Source: Gemmatimonadales bacterium (GTDB taxonomy: Bacteria; Gemmatimonadota; Gemmatimonadetes; Gemmatimonadales; GWC2-71-9). Taken from it: a stretch of DNA of 64,000 bases. Location of the stretch: the NCBI GenBank assembly GCA_020633775.1, contig JACKDA010000003.1:87211-151210 (forward strand), in the 5' to 3' direction. The notes under the pieces were generated by a model. The model was not told the DNA's origin, made no database searches, and worked only from the letters and a program-made list of their open reading frames with translations. The translations under genes and the position numbers were made by a program. This document shows, piece by piece, positions 31,704 to 41,491 of this stretch (within the stretch, counting starts at the first letter, position 1; each line of letters opens with the position of its first letter).

Positions 31704-32600
31704 AGCCACGAGATCCTTCAGCTTCTCGCCCGTCTCGCCCTCGCGGAGCCGGATCAGCGCGCGATCGCGCAGCTGGCGGATCCGCTCGCGGGTGACGCCC
31801 ATCATCCGCCCGATCTCCTCGAGGGTGCGCGGCTGGCCGTCGTCGAGGCCGAAGTAGAGCCGCAGCACCTTGGCGTCGCGCGGCGGCAGGGAATCGAGGG
31901 CGGCCTCGATGTCGGCGCTCTGCGAGTTCGCCATCGTGTTGGCGTCGGTCCCCTCCTGCTCGGCGAGGGCGAAGCGCTCCATCCGCTCGTTGCCGTCGCC
32001 CTCGCGGGTCGGGTGGTCGAGCCGCACCGCCTCGGTGTTGAGCGACGAGAGCGAGCGCACCGCCTCCTCCGTCAGGCCGGTCGCGCGGGCCAGCTCATCG
32101 ACCGTGGGCATCCGCCCGAGCTTTTCCTTCAGGTAGGTCGTCGTCTTGCCGAGGCGCGAGAGGTCGGCCGTGCGGTTGAGCGGCACCCGGACCGGGCGGC
32201 CGTGGCGGGCGATCGCCGCCTGCACCGCCTGCCGGATCCACCACACCGCGTACGAGATGAACTTCACGCCGCGATCCGGGTCGAACTTCCGGGCCGCCGT
32301 CATCAGGCCGAGGTTCCCCTCGCCGATCAGGTCGACGAGCGGCACGCCCCGGTTCTGGAACTTCTTCGCCACCGAGACCACGAACCGGACGTTGTGGCGC
32401 GCGAGCTTCTCCTGGGCGAGCACGTCGCCCTTGAACGCCTTGCGCGCCAGCTCCATCTCCTCGTCGCGGCTCAGCAGCGGGACGCGGGAGATCTCGTCAA
32501 GGTACAGGTCCAGACTCTCGCGACCCTCGTCGACCGCCCGGGCAATCTGGGCCGGTCGCAGCGAGCGCCGCTTCCCGCGGGCACGAATCGTCACATCCAC
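31701..32600 (-). CDS. RNA polymerase sigma-70 family factor (group 1/2-like, RpoD/RpoS-type)
   Basis: Region 2 FISYAVWWIRQAV, then regions 3 and 4 (TLEEIGRMMGVTRERIRQL). 299 aa. Confidence 0.9.
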   Translation of the reverse strand: MDVTIRARGKRRSLRPAQIARAVDEGRESLDLYLDEISRVPLLSRDEEMELARKAFKGDVLAQEKLARHNVRFVVSVAKKFQNRGVPLVDLIGEGNLGLMTAARKFDPDRGVKFISYAVWWIRQAVQAAIARHGRPVRVPLNRTADLSRLGKTTTYLKEKLGRMPTVDELARATGLTEEAVRSLSSLNTEAVRLDHPTREGDGNERMERFALAEQEGTDANTMANSQSADIEAALDSLPPRDAKVLRLYFGLDDGQPRTLEEIGRMMGVTRERIRQLRDRALIRLREGETGEKLKDLVA

Positions 32601-32682
32601 TCCTGTCCATCACTCGCCGGCCCCAGGCGGTGTCCGCTGTCCGGACATGCCCTGCCGACGCCAGATCCAATCAAAGTCGCGA

Positions 32683-32711
32683 AAAATAAGGCCAAGTCCC
32701 GAGACTGGCAA
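32683..32711 (-). promoter_or_regulatory. Candidate promoter of the sigma-factor gene (TTGCCA-17 nt-TATTTT on the minus strand)
   Basis: Read from the reverse complement of the unusually AT-rich patch at 32670..32720. Confidence 0.45.
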
Positions 32712-32872
32712 TTCACCCTGCAACCGCTTGTGAAACATCACCTTGAATACGCGGGACCCCGTGAAACGGTTCCGTCCGGGTCCGGCGCCGGGGGGCCCAA
32801 CGCGAGCGGGCGCCCCCGACACCGCTGGAGACGCCCGCCCCGGCCCGAAGGCTCACACCCCGCCCCCGGGGG

Positions 32873-34273
32873 CTACAGCGCCTTGATCTCGCTGACCAGG
32901 GCGCTCAGCGACCCCTTGGCGTCGCCGAAGAGCATCGCGGTCCGGGGGTGGTAGAAGAGGGCGTTCTCGATCCCGGCGAACCCGGGGTTCATCCCCCGCT
33001 TCATGACGATGATGCTCTTGGCCTTGTCCACGTCCAGGATCGGCATGCCGTAGATCGGGGAGGCGGGGTCGGACCGCGCCGCCGGATTGACCACGTCGTT
33101 CGCCCCGATCACGAGCGCCACGTCCGCCTGCTCGAACTGGTCGTTGATCGCGTCCATGTCGAACAGCTTGTCGTAGGGGACGTTCGCCTCGGCCAGCAGC
33201 ACGTTCATGTGCCCCGGCATCCGTCCCGCGACCGGGTGGATCGCGTAGCGGACAGTGCCGCCGTTCTTCTCGATCAGGTCCGCCAGCTCGCGCACCACGT
33301 GCTGGGCCTGGGCGACCGCGAGCCCGTACCCCGGCACCACGATCACCTGCTGGGCATAGGCGAGCTGCACCGCCGCGTCCTCGGCGCTGACGCTCCGCAC
33401 CGTGAGCCCCTCGGAGGAGGCCCCGATCGCGCCCCCCGTCCCGGCCGTCTGCCCGAACGCCCCGAACAGCACGTTCGCCAGCGACCGGTTCATCGCCTTG
33501 CACATGATCCGGGTCAGGATGATGCCGCTCGAGCCGACCAGCGCGCCGGCGATGATCAGGACGTGGTTGTTGATCACGAACCCGGTCATCGCCGCGGCGA
33601 TCCCCGAGTACGAGTTCAGCAGCGAGATCACGACCGGCATGTCGGCGCCGCCGATCGGGATGACCAGCAGCACGCCCAGCACGACGGCGAGGCCGATCAC
33701 CGTGTAGAACGCCGGCAGCAGCGACGCCGCGTCGGTGAGCTGCCAGCCGGCGAGGCCGACGATGCCGAGCGCGATCAGGCCGGTCATCAGCTTCTGGCCG
33801 GGCCAGGTGATCGGCTTGCCGGTCATCACCTCCTGCAGCTTGGCCCACGCGATGAGCGAACCGCTGAAGGTCACCGCACCGATCAGCAGCGAGAGCTGGA
33901 TGACGACGCCGGTCTCCGGCGGGATCGCCTCGCCGGCGAGCTCGCTGCGGAGGAACTCCGCCCCCGCGACCAGCACCGAGGCCGCCCCGCCGAACCCGTT
34001 GAGCAGCGCGACGAGTTGCGGCATCGAGGTCATCTGGACCGTGCGGGCCATCCAGAGACCGATGCCGCTGCCGAGGACCAGCCCGATGACGATCGCCGTC
34101 CAGCTGACCATCTGCGTGTCGAGGAGCGTCACCACCACGGCGATCAGCATGCCCCAGGCGGAGAGCCGGTTGCCGGCCGGCGCGGTGGCCGGCGACCCGA
34201 GGCGCTTCAGCCCGACGATGAAGCAGGCCGAGGCGAGCAGGTAGCCGAGTTCGGCGAGGACGTGGGGGATCAC
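32873..34273 (-). CDS. pntB: NAD(P) transhydrogenase subunit beta
   Basis: Polytopic N-terminal half plus the C-terminal NADP(H)-binding domain. GTG start overlapping the pntAB stop. Confidence 0.95.
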   Translation of the reverse strand: MIPHVLAELGYLLASACFIVGLKRLGSPATAPAGNRLSAWGMLIAVVVTLLDTQMVSWTAIVIGLVLGSGIGLWMARTVQMTSMPQLVALLNGFGGAASVLVAGAEFLRSELAGEAIPPETGVVIQLSLLIGAVTFSGSLIAWAKLQEVMTGKPITWPGQKLMTGLIALGIVGLAGWQLTDAASLLPAFYTVIGLAVVLGVLLVIPIGGADMPVVISLLNSYSGIAAAMTGFVINNHVLIIAGALVGSSGIILTRIMCKAMNRSLANVLFGAFGQTAGTGGAIGASSEGLTVRSVSAEDAAVQLAYAQQVIVVPGYGLAVAQAQHVVRELADLIEKNGGTVRYAIHPVAGRMPGHMNVLLAEANVPYDKLFDMDAINDQFEQADVALVIGANDVVNPAARSDPASPIYGMPILDVDKAKSIIVMKRGMNPGFAGIENALFYHPRTAMLFGDAKGSLSALVSEIKAL

Positions 34274-34563
34274 TTGCCGCCCCCGTCCTTGGAGAACATC
34301 CGCAGCATCCGGTCGGTCACCGCGTAGCCGCCGACGACGTTCATCATCGCGAAGGCCACCGCGCCGATCCCGAACACGGTGGAGATCCAGCCGAAGCCGC
34401 CGCCGGCCACGACGAGGGCCCCCACGATGGTGATCCCGCTGATCGCGTTCGACCCCGACATCAGCGGGGTGTGCAGCGTGGGCGGCACGCGCTGGATCAG
34501 CTCGAACCCGAGGAACGTCGCCAGCGTGAAGATCACGATCCCGATGATGATGCCTTCGCTCAT
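34270..34563 (-). CDS. pntAB: NAD(P) transhydrogenase subunit alpha, part 2 (membrane)
   Basis: 97 aa with three TM helices. ATGA overlap with the pntAA stop. Confidence 0.9.
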   Translation of the reverse strand: MSEGIIIGIVIFTLATFLGFELIQRVPPTLHTPLMSGSNAISGITIVGALVVAGGGFGWISTVFGIGAVAFAMMNVVGGYAVTDRMLRMFSKDGGGK

Positions 34564-35669
34564 CCGTTCCCCCGGTGGCGCAGGGTGCCCTCGTGCGCGA
34601 GGCACATGGCACCGGTGATCTCGTCGTCCAGGTCGACGGTGAGCGCCCCCTTCGGCGCGAGGTGGTCGAGCAGGGTCTGGACGTTCCGGCCGAACATCTG
34701 CGACGCGTGCTGCGGCATCCCGGCCGGCAGGTCGAGCGGACCGAGGATCGTGACATCGGCGTGATGCACGGTCTCGCCCGGCCGGGTCAACTCGCAGTTG
34801 CCGCCGGTCTCGGCCGAGACGTCGACGATCACCGAACCCGGCTTCATCGACTCGACCATCGCGGTGGTGATGAGCCGCGGCGCCGGGCGGTTGGGGATCG
34901 CCGCGGTCGCGATCACCAGGTCGGCCTGGCCGATCGCCCCCGCCACCGCCTCGAGGACCTTCTGCTGCTGCTCCTCGGCGAGCTCCTTCGCGTAGCCCCC
35001 CTTCGTCTCCGCGTCGCCCGCCACCGCCTCCGGCGCGAGGAAGCGGGCCCCGAGCGACTCGACCTGCTCGGCCGCCGCGGCCCGGACGTCGAAGCCGGTC
35101 ACCATCGCCCCGAGGCGGCGGGCGGTGGCGATCGCCTGCAAGCCGGCCACGCCGGCGCCGAGGACGAGCGCCTTCGCCGGGGTGATCGATCCGGCGGCGG
35201 TGGTGAGCATCGGGAGGAATCGCGGCAACGCCTCGGCGCCGAGGATCACGGCCCGATACCCCGCGACGGTGGCCTGCGAGGAGAGGACGTCCATCGACTG
35301 CGCTCGCGTGATGCGCGGCACCCGCTCGAGCGCCAGCACCGTGACCCGGCGCCCGTTGAGGGCCGCGAGCGCCTCGCCCGGGTCGCCAGCGGAGAGCGCC
35401 ACCAGCACCGCACCCTCCCGCAGGCGGGCCGCCCGCTCGGCGGTGGGTCGCCGGACCGCCACCACCAGGTCAGCCGATTCCGCCTCGGCGGAATCAACCA
35501 GCGTGCACCCCGCCGCCTCGTAGGCGGCGTCGGGGTAGTGGGCGCCGGCACCGGCGCCGCGCTCGACCGCCACGCTCGATCCCTGCTTGATGAGCCGGGC
35601 GGCGGCGTCGGGGGTGAGCGCGACACGCCGCTCCCGGGGCGCGGACTCCTTGAGCACTCCAATGCGCAT
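34560..35669 (-). CDS. pntAA: NAD(P) transhydrogenase subunit alpha, part 1 (AlaDH/PNT fold)
   Basis: MRIGVLKE start. Rossmann motif VLGAGVAGLQAI. C-terminal 369 codons of composite track ORF 34560..38144. Confidence 0.9.
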   Translation of the reverse strand: MRIGVLKESAPRERRVALTPDAAARLIKQGSSVAVERGAGAGAHYPDAAYEAAGCTLVDSAEAESADLVVAVRRPTAERAARLREGAVLVALSAGDPGEALAALNGRRVTVLALERVPRITRAQSMDVLSSQATVAGYRAVILGAEALPRFLPMLTTAAGSITPAKALVLGAGVAGLQAIATARRLGAMVTGFDVRAAAAEQVESLGARFLAPEAVAGDAETKGGYAKELAEEQQQKVLEAVAGAIGQADLVIATAAIPNRPAPRLITTAMVESMKPGSVIVDVSAETGGNCELTRPGETVHHADVTILGPLDLPAGMPQHASQMFGRNVQTLLDHLAPKGALTVDLDDEITGAMCLAHEGTLRHRGNG

Positions 35670-35736
35670 GGGCTCGGGGCTCCTGCTGGCTGTCGATGGG
35701 GGACCCGGCGACCCGGGGGGCCGCCGACGTGTAGCG

Positions 35737-35765
35737 AAGGTACCGGGCCGTGAATGGACTTTCAA
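35737..35765 (-). promoter_or_regulatory. Candidate pntAA promoter (TTGAAA-17 nt-TACCTT on the minus strand)
   Basis: Read from the reverse complement. It overlaps the putative thrA -35 region on the other strand. Confidence 0.45.
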
Positions 35766-35789
35766 CGGAAGGCGTGGTAGCGTAGCCCG

Positions 35790-38297
35790 ATGCCTCCTCG
35801 CGCCCAGCGCCCGTCGGTCCACAAGTTCGGGGGCGCGGCGCTCGCCGATGCCGCCTCGATCCGCGCCGTCACCGAGATCGTCCTCACCCGCCCCGGCCTG
35901 CCGATCGTGGTGGTGTCGGCGCTGCACGGCATCACCGACCTCCTCCTCGACCTGATCGCCACGGCGGAACAGGGCGCCTCCGCCCGCGCGGTGCGCGAGG
36001 CGGCCGCCTTCCGGCTCCGGCACCGCGAGGTCGTCGAGGCGCTGTTCGCCCCCGGCCGGCGCCGCGCCCTCCTCGCGGAGGTGACGGCCGCGAGCGACGA
36101 GCTGGAAGCGCTGGTGGCGGCCCTCGCCGTGCTGCGGGAGGCCTCCCCGCGGATCCGGGATCACGTCGTGGCGCGTGGCGAGCAGCTCAGCGCGCGGATC
36201 GTCGCGGCGGCCCTGACGACCCGACGTCGCCGCAGTGCGCCGGTGGACCCCGGTGAGGTGATCATCACCGATGGCCCCTACGGCGGCGCCTCCCCGGACC
36301 TCCAGGCCACCCGTACCGCGGCCCACGCCACGCTTGACCCGTTGCTCGCGGCGGGCGTGATCCCGGTGATCCCCGGATTCCTCGGTCGCGCCCCCGACGG
36401 CGGCCTCGCGACCCTGGGTCGCGGCGGTTCGGATCTCACGGCGACGACCCTCGGCCGCGCCCTCGGCGTGAGCGAGGTGACCCTCTGGAAGGATGTCCCG
36501 GGGCTCCTCACCGCCGATCCGCGCGTGGTGCCGGACGCCCGGCTCCTTCCGCTGGTCCACCCGAGCGAGGCCGCGGAGCTCGCCTACTACGGTGCCAAGG
36601 TCCTGCATCCCCGGGCGCTGCTGCCGCTCACCGGCAGCCGCACCGCCCTGCGGGTCCGACCGTTCGCGAACCCCGACGCGACCGGCACCGAGATCAGCAC
36701 CCGCCACGAGCCCGGCGCGCCGCCGGTCCGCTCGCTCTCCGCCGTCCGCGGGCAGGCGCTGGTGACGGTCGCCGGTTCCGGCATCCTCGGCGTGCCGGGC
36801 ATGTCCGCGCGAACCTTCGGTGCGCTGCAGACCGCCGGGATCTCGGTGTCGATGATCGCCCAGGCCTCCTCCGAGTACACCATCGACTTCACGGTGCCGG
36901 CCGAGGCCGCGGACCATGCCGTCGACGTGCTGCAGCGTGCCTTCCGCAGCGAGATCGCGCATGGCGAGCTCGAGGCGATCCGTGCCCGGTCCGGGGTGGC
37001 GATCGTCGCGGTGGTCGGGCTGCGCATGGCCGGGCATCCCGGCATCGCGGCCCGCGTCTTCGACGCCCTCGAGGCCGCCGACGTCAATGTCGTGTCGATC
37101 GCCCAGGGCTCGGCCGAGCACAACATCTCCATCGTGGTCGAGGGCGATGATGTGCCCGCCGCCCTGCGACGCATCCATGCCGCGTTCCAGCTCGGCAAGG
37201 AAGGCGGCGGGCGCCCCCGGCGACGGACCGGCAAGGACATCGTGCTCCTCGGGGCGGGCACGATCGGCTGCGCCACGCTCGACCTCCTCGCCGCCACGCC
37301 GCAGCGCTTCGCCTCGCTGCGGATCGTGGCGGTGGTCGACCGCCGCGGCGTGATCCACCGGATGTCGGGCCTCGGCCCCGCCGAGCTGCGCGGCATCGCC
37401 GCGCACAAGCGGGCGGGTGGCTCGCTCGCGGACCTCCCGAACGGCGAGCGATGCACGCCGGCCGAGGCGCTCCGCGCGCTCGCGCAGCGCGCACTGATCC
37501 GACCCGCGGTCGTCGACCTCACCGCCGAGGACACCAGCGAGTTGCTGCGCGAGATGGCGGAGGCGGGATTCGACGTGGTGCTCGCGAACAAGCGCCCGCT
37601 CGCCGCGCCGTTCGCCAGCTACCGCGCCCTCCTCGAGGCCCTCGAAGCGCACGGTGGCCGACTCCGTCACGAGGCCACGGTCGGCGCCGGACTCCCGCTG
37701 ATCCTCGCGGTGCAGCAATTGATCCGCACCGGCGATCGGGTGCGCCGCCTCGAGGGTGCCCTCAGTGGCACCGTCGGCACGGTGCTGAGCGCCCTCGACC
37801 GCGGGGTGCCATTCTCCGCCGCGGTGCGCGAGGCCCGCGAGGCCGGGATGACCGAGCCCGACCCACGCGACGATCTTTCGGGCGTCGATGTCGCACGCAA
37901 GGCGCTCATCCTCGACCGACTGCTTGGCCACCGCAGGAACCTGGAGGACGTGCGCGTCGAGACCCTCGTCCGCGGCGCGGTGCGCGGCGACCCCGCCGAT
38001 TGGCTCAAGGGACTCGACCGGGATGATGCCTGGTGGAGCGCGAAGGCGCAGGAGGCCCACGCGCACGGGCGGGTCCTCCGCTACATCGCCACGATCACCC
38101 GCAGCCGCGTCGAGGTGGGGCTCCGCGCGGTCCCGCGCGACCACCCGATCGGCCAGCTCTCGGGAGCGGCGAATCGTCTCGTCATCACCTCGGGGCGCTA
38201 TGGCAGGTCTCCGCTCGTGATCACCGGACCGGGAGCCGGGCCGGAGGTCACGGCGACGGGCGTGCTCGCCGATCTTCTCGGACTGACGGGGGCGTGA
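35790..38297 (+). CDS. thrA: Bifunctional aspartate kinase / homoserine dehydrogenase
   Basis: VHKFGGAAL kinase N-terminus, ACT region and a C-terminal homoserine dehydrogenase domain. 835 aa. Confidence 0.9.
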   Translation: MPPRAQRPSVHKFGGAALADAASIRAVTEIVLTRPGLPIVVVSALHGITDLLLDLIATAEQGASARAVREAAAFRLRHREVVEALFAPGRRRALLAEVTAASDELEALVAALAVLREASPRIRDHVVARGEQLSARIVAAALTTRRRRSAPVDPGEVIITDGPYGGASPDLQATRTAAHATLDPLLAAGVIPVIPGFLGRAPDGGLATLGRGGSDLTATTLGRALGVSEVTLWKDVPGLLTADPRVVPDARLLPLVHPSEAAELAYYGAKVLHPRALLPLTGSRTALRVRPFANPDATGTEISTRHEPGAPPVRSLSAVRGQALVTVAGSGILGVPGMSARTFGALQTAGISVSMIAQASSEYTIDFTVPAEAADHAVDVLQRAFRSEIAHGELEAIRARSGVAIVAVVGLRMAGHPGIAARVFDALEAADVNVVSIAQGSAEHNISIVVEGDDVPAALRRIHAAFQLGKEGGGRPRRRTGKDIVLLGAGTIGCATLDLLAATPQRFASLRIVAVVDRRGVIHRMSGLGPAELRGIAAHKRAGGSLADLPNGERCTPAEALRALAQRALIRPAVVDLTAEDTSELLREMAEAGFDVVLANKRPLAAPFASYRALLEALEAHGGRLRHEATVGAGLPLILAVQQLIRTGDRVRRLEGALSGTVGTVLSALDRGVPFSAAVREAREAGMTEPDPRDDLSGVDVARKALILDRLLGHRRNLEDVRVETLVRGAVRGDPADWLKGLDRDDAWWSAKAQEAHAHGRVLRYIATITRSRVEVGLRAVPRDHPIGQLSGAANRLVITSGRYGRSPLVITGPGAGPEVTATGVLADLLGLTGA

Positions 38298-39223
38298 TGT
38301 CCAACCGTGACGGCGTGGCCGTCTTCACACCCGGCTCGATCGGCAACGTCGGCCCCGGACTCGATATCCTCGGCCTCGCCGTCGCCGGCGCGGGCGACAC
38401 CGTCCACGCCTCCTGGGGCACCGCCTCCGGGATCACCGTCGTCGACACGGGCCATCCCGACCTCCCCGACGACCCGACCCGGAACACCGCGGCGATCGCC
38501 GCAGCCGCCGTCGCCCGGCACGCCGGGGCCTCACGGGGGATCGCCCTGCGCATCACCAAGGGGCTGCCCCTCTCCGGCGGCCAGGGCGGCAGCGCCGCCT
38601 CGGCGGTCGCGGGCGCGATGGCGGCCAACCTGCTCCTCGAGGCCGACCTCGACACCGCGACGCTCCTCACCTGCGCGCTGGAGGCCGAGGCGACGGTCGC
38701 GGGACGCCACCTCGACAACATCGCGCCGTCACTCCTCGGCGGCCTCGTCCTGATCCGCTCCCTCGAGCCGATCGATGTCGTCCGCCTCCCCGTGCCGCCC
38801 ACCCTCCGGGTCGTCCTCGTGCACCCGGCGATGCAGCTTCGCACGCGCGACGCCCGCGCGGCCCTCCCGACCGAGGTGCCACGCGATGTCGCGCTGCAGC
38901 AGGCCGCAAACGTCGCCGCGATGGTCGCGGGCGCCTGCCTCGCCGACCTCGCGCTCCTCGGGCGCGCCATCGATGATCGCATCGCGGAGCCGGTGCGCGC
39001 CGCGCTCCTCCCGGGCTTCCCCGACGCGCGACGCGCCGCGCTCGACGCGGGCGCCCTCGGCTGCTCGATCAGCGGGGCGGGTCCGACCGCGTTTGCACTC
39101 GCCGACTCCGACGAGGCCGCGACTGCCGTGGCCGCGGCGATGGTCGCGGCATATGCAACGGCCGGTCTCGAGGCACGCCCCGTGGTGACCCGCCCCGACC
39201 TCGAAGGGACCCGCCGCGCATGA
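38297..39223 (+). CDS. thrB: Homoserine kinase
   Basis: GSIGNVGPGLDILG and the GHMP motif PLSGGQGGSAAS. The ATG overlaps the thrA stop. Confidence 0.9.
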   Translation: MSNRDGVAVFTPGSIGNVGPGLDILGLAVAGAGDTVHASWGTASGITVVDTGHPDLPDDPTRNTAAIAAAAVARHAGASRGIALRITKGLPLSGGQGGSAASAVAGAMAANLLLEADLDTATLLTCALEAEATVAGRHLDNIAPSLLGGLVLIRSLEPIDVVRLPVPPTLRVVLVHPAMQLRTRDARAALPTEVPRDVALQQAANVAAMVAGACLADLALLGRAIDDRIAEPVRAALLPGFPDARRAALDAGALGCSISGAGPTAFALADSDEAATAVAAAMVAAYATAGLEARPVVTRPDLEGTRRA

Positions 39224-40494
39224 GCGAGCCGACTGCCATGACCATCGTCTGCGATGACTGCGGCACCACCCAGCCCGAGTTGTCCACGCGCACGCGCTGC
39301 ACCTGCGGCGGTCTCCTGCTCGTGCGCCATGTTCCCACCGTGACCGGCGACGCGCTCCGCCGCCGCTTCGACGACGCGTGCTGCGCGCGCCCATCGCGCA
39401 CCGCGTCCGGCGTCTGGCGCTTCGGGGAGATCGTCCAGCCGCTGGCGATGGCCGATGCGGTCTCGCATCCGGAAGGGAACACGCCGGTGATGCACCGGGC
39501 GGCACTCGCGGCGTGGGCCGGGATCGACGGCCTCGTCGTGAAGCACGAGGGCTACAACCCGACCGGCTCGTTCAAGGATCGCGGCATGACCGTCGCCGTC
39601 ACGCAGGCGCGCCGACTCGGCGCGCGTGCGGTCGCCTGCGCCTCGACCGGCAACACCTCCGCCTCGCTGGCATCGTATGCGGCCCAGGCAGGGATCCCGG
39701 CGCTCGTCTTCGTGCCGGAAGGTCAGGTCGCCATGGGCAAGCTGGCGCAATCGCTCGCGTACGGGGCGCGAACGCTCATGGTCCGCGGCGACTTCGACGA
39801 CTGCCTGCGGTTGGTCCAGGAGGCCGGCGACGCGCTCGGGATCTACCTGGTCAACTCCATCAATCCGTTCCGACTCGAGGGCCAGAAGACGATCGTCCTC
39901 GAGCTGCTGCGCCAGTTCGACTGGGATCCGCCCGACTGGATCTGCCTCCCGGCCGGCAACCTCGGCAACACCGCGGCCTTCGGGAAGGCGCTGGAAGAGG
40001 CGCACGCCTGGGGCCTGATCCCCCGCCTGCCCCGGCTGGCGGCGATCCAGGCGAGCGGCGCGGCGCCGTTCGCCGCGGCCTTCTCGCGGGGCTTTGACAC
40101 CCTCGTCCCCGTGCAGGCCGAGACCCTCGCCACGGCGATCCGCATCGGGGCCCCCGCCTCGTATCGGCGGGCTGTTCGCGCCATCACGGCGACCAATGGC
40201 GTTGTCCTCCACGTCGAGGACCGCGACATCCTCGAGGCGAAGGCGCGGATCGATGCCGCGGGGATCGGCTGCGAACCGGCCAGCGCGGCGGCGGTGGCAG
40301 GGGCCCGCGCCCTGCGGTCCAGCGGGGTCATCCAGCCGACCGACCGGGTCGCCGCGATCCTGACCGGTCACGTCCTCAAGGATCCCGGCATCGTCGAGCG
40401 GATGCACGGCGCAGGCGGACTCATCGAGGCCCCCAACCGGCCGGTGACCATCGATCCCACCCTCGAGGCGATATCGGCCGTCATCGACGGGTAG
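39220..40494 (+). CDS. thrC: Threonine synthase
   Basis: PLP-lysine motif GSFKDRG and an N-terminal Cys-rich zinc-ribbon-like segment. Overlaps the thrB stop. Confidence 0.9.
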   Translation: MSEPTAMTIVCDDCGTTQPELSTRTRCTCGGLLLVRHVPTVTGDALRRRFDDACCARPSRTASGVWRFGEIVQPLAMADAVSHPEGNTPVMHRAALAAWAGIDGLVVKHEGYNPTGSFKDRGMTVAVTQARRLGARAVACASTGNTSASLASYAAQAGIPALVFVPEGQVAMGKLAQSLAYGARTLMVRGDFDDCLRLVQEAGDALGIYLVNSINPFRLEGQKTIVLELLRQFDWDPPDWICLPAGNLGNTAAFGKALEEAHAWGLIPRLPRLAAIQASGAAPFAAAFSRGFDTLVPVQAETLATAIRIGAPASYRRAVRAITATNGVVLHVEDRDILEAKARIDAAGIGCEPASAAAVAGARALRSSGVIQPTDRVAAILTGHVLKDPGIVERMHGAGGLIEAPNRPVTIDPTLEAISAVIDG

Positions 40495-40716
40495 TCCGAC
40501 CCCTGTTGCAGCGGCGCAGCAATTGCTCAGGATAGTGTGGCGTCACTCCGGCACCTGCGGGTCGGCTGGAGCACCCTGTCCCGGGACCATCCGTGCCAAG
40601 TCATTATCAAACAACGCCTTACGGCTTTGCCGCACGATCGGCACCCGGGTTGCACCTCGGGAGGGCAACCGCGTGCCTCCTCCCCCGGGGGGTGCCACAG
40701 AAGGAGCCAGGTTCCG

Positions 40717-41457
40717 ATGATCCGCCAGAGTGCCCTCCTCGCCGCCGCCACCCTCCTGCTCGCCAGCCCGGCTCGGGCCGTCGATCCGGGGAAGGCGTTC
40801 GCGCCGGACTTCGGGACCAGCTCACCGTTCTTCTCGCTCTCCAACACGGTGACGGTGACCTACTACGGCTGGGAGGGAACCACCGTCTTCGGTCACACCC
40901 TCTGGGCCTTCACGGCCTCGCAGTTCGGGAGCAACAGCGCCAACGGCTGCTTCGGCTGGATGCCGGCAGCGACCTGCGCCGCGGTCATGGGCACCACCGT
41001 CGCGGCGAAGCCGTACGGCGCGAGTTCCTCGCCCTACCTCCCGGGGCAGGTGCCCGGGCCCGTCGTCTCCAGCTTCGGCTGGACGCCGGGGACCGAGATC
41101 ATCTTCGCGATCGCCGTCGACCAGGGCGACGGCTTCAACTGGTTCTTCTCGGGCAGCCCGAGCCGCAACAGCGACGGGCTCGCGCATGTGGCCTACTTCG
41201 ACCCGATTCTCTTCCCGCTGGGCGTGCCGGGGAATCAGGGGCAGGGCGTGGTGCCCCAGACCGCCGGCCTCTCGCTCTACGGCTTCGAGGACGTGGCGTA
41301 CCAGTACAGCGACTGGGACTTCGACAACGTGATCTTCGCGATCGACCAGGGGATCACCACCGAGACCGTGCCCGAGCCGGCCACGATGGTGCTCTTCGGC
41401 ACCGGTGCCTCGGCCCTGGCCGCGTTGCGCCGGCGGCGGCGCCCCACGACGACCTGA
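40717..41457 (+). CDS. Secreted PEP-CTERM-anchored protein with a DUF4114-like domain
   Basis: Signal peptide. GFEDVAYQYSDWDFDNVIF (DUF4114-like). C-terminal VPEPATMVLFGTGASALAALRRRRR sorting signal. AAGGAG upstream. Confidence 0.8.
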   Translation: MIRQSALLAAATLLLASPARAVDPGKAFAPDFGTSSPFFSLSNTVTVTYYGWEGTTVFGHTLWAFTASQFGSNSANGCFGWMPAATCAAVMGTTVAAKPYGASSSPYLPGQVPGPVVSSFGWTPGTEIIFAIAVDQGDGFNWFFSGSPSRNSDGLAHVAYFDPILFPLGVPGNQGQGVVPQTAGLSLYGFEDVAYQYSDWDFDNVIFAIDQGITTETVPEPATMVLFGTGASALAALRRRRRPTTT

Positions 41458-41491
41458 GTCTCCTCCTCCGCAGGGCAGGAGATCCACCGCG

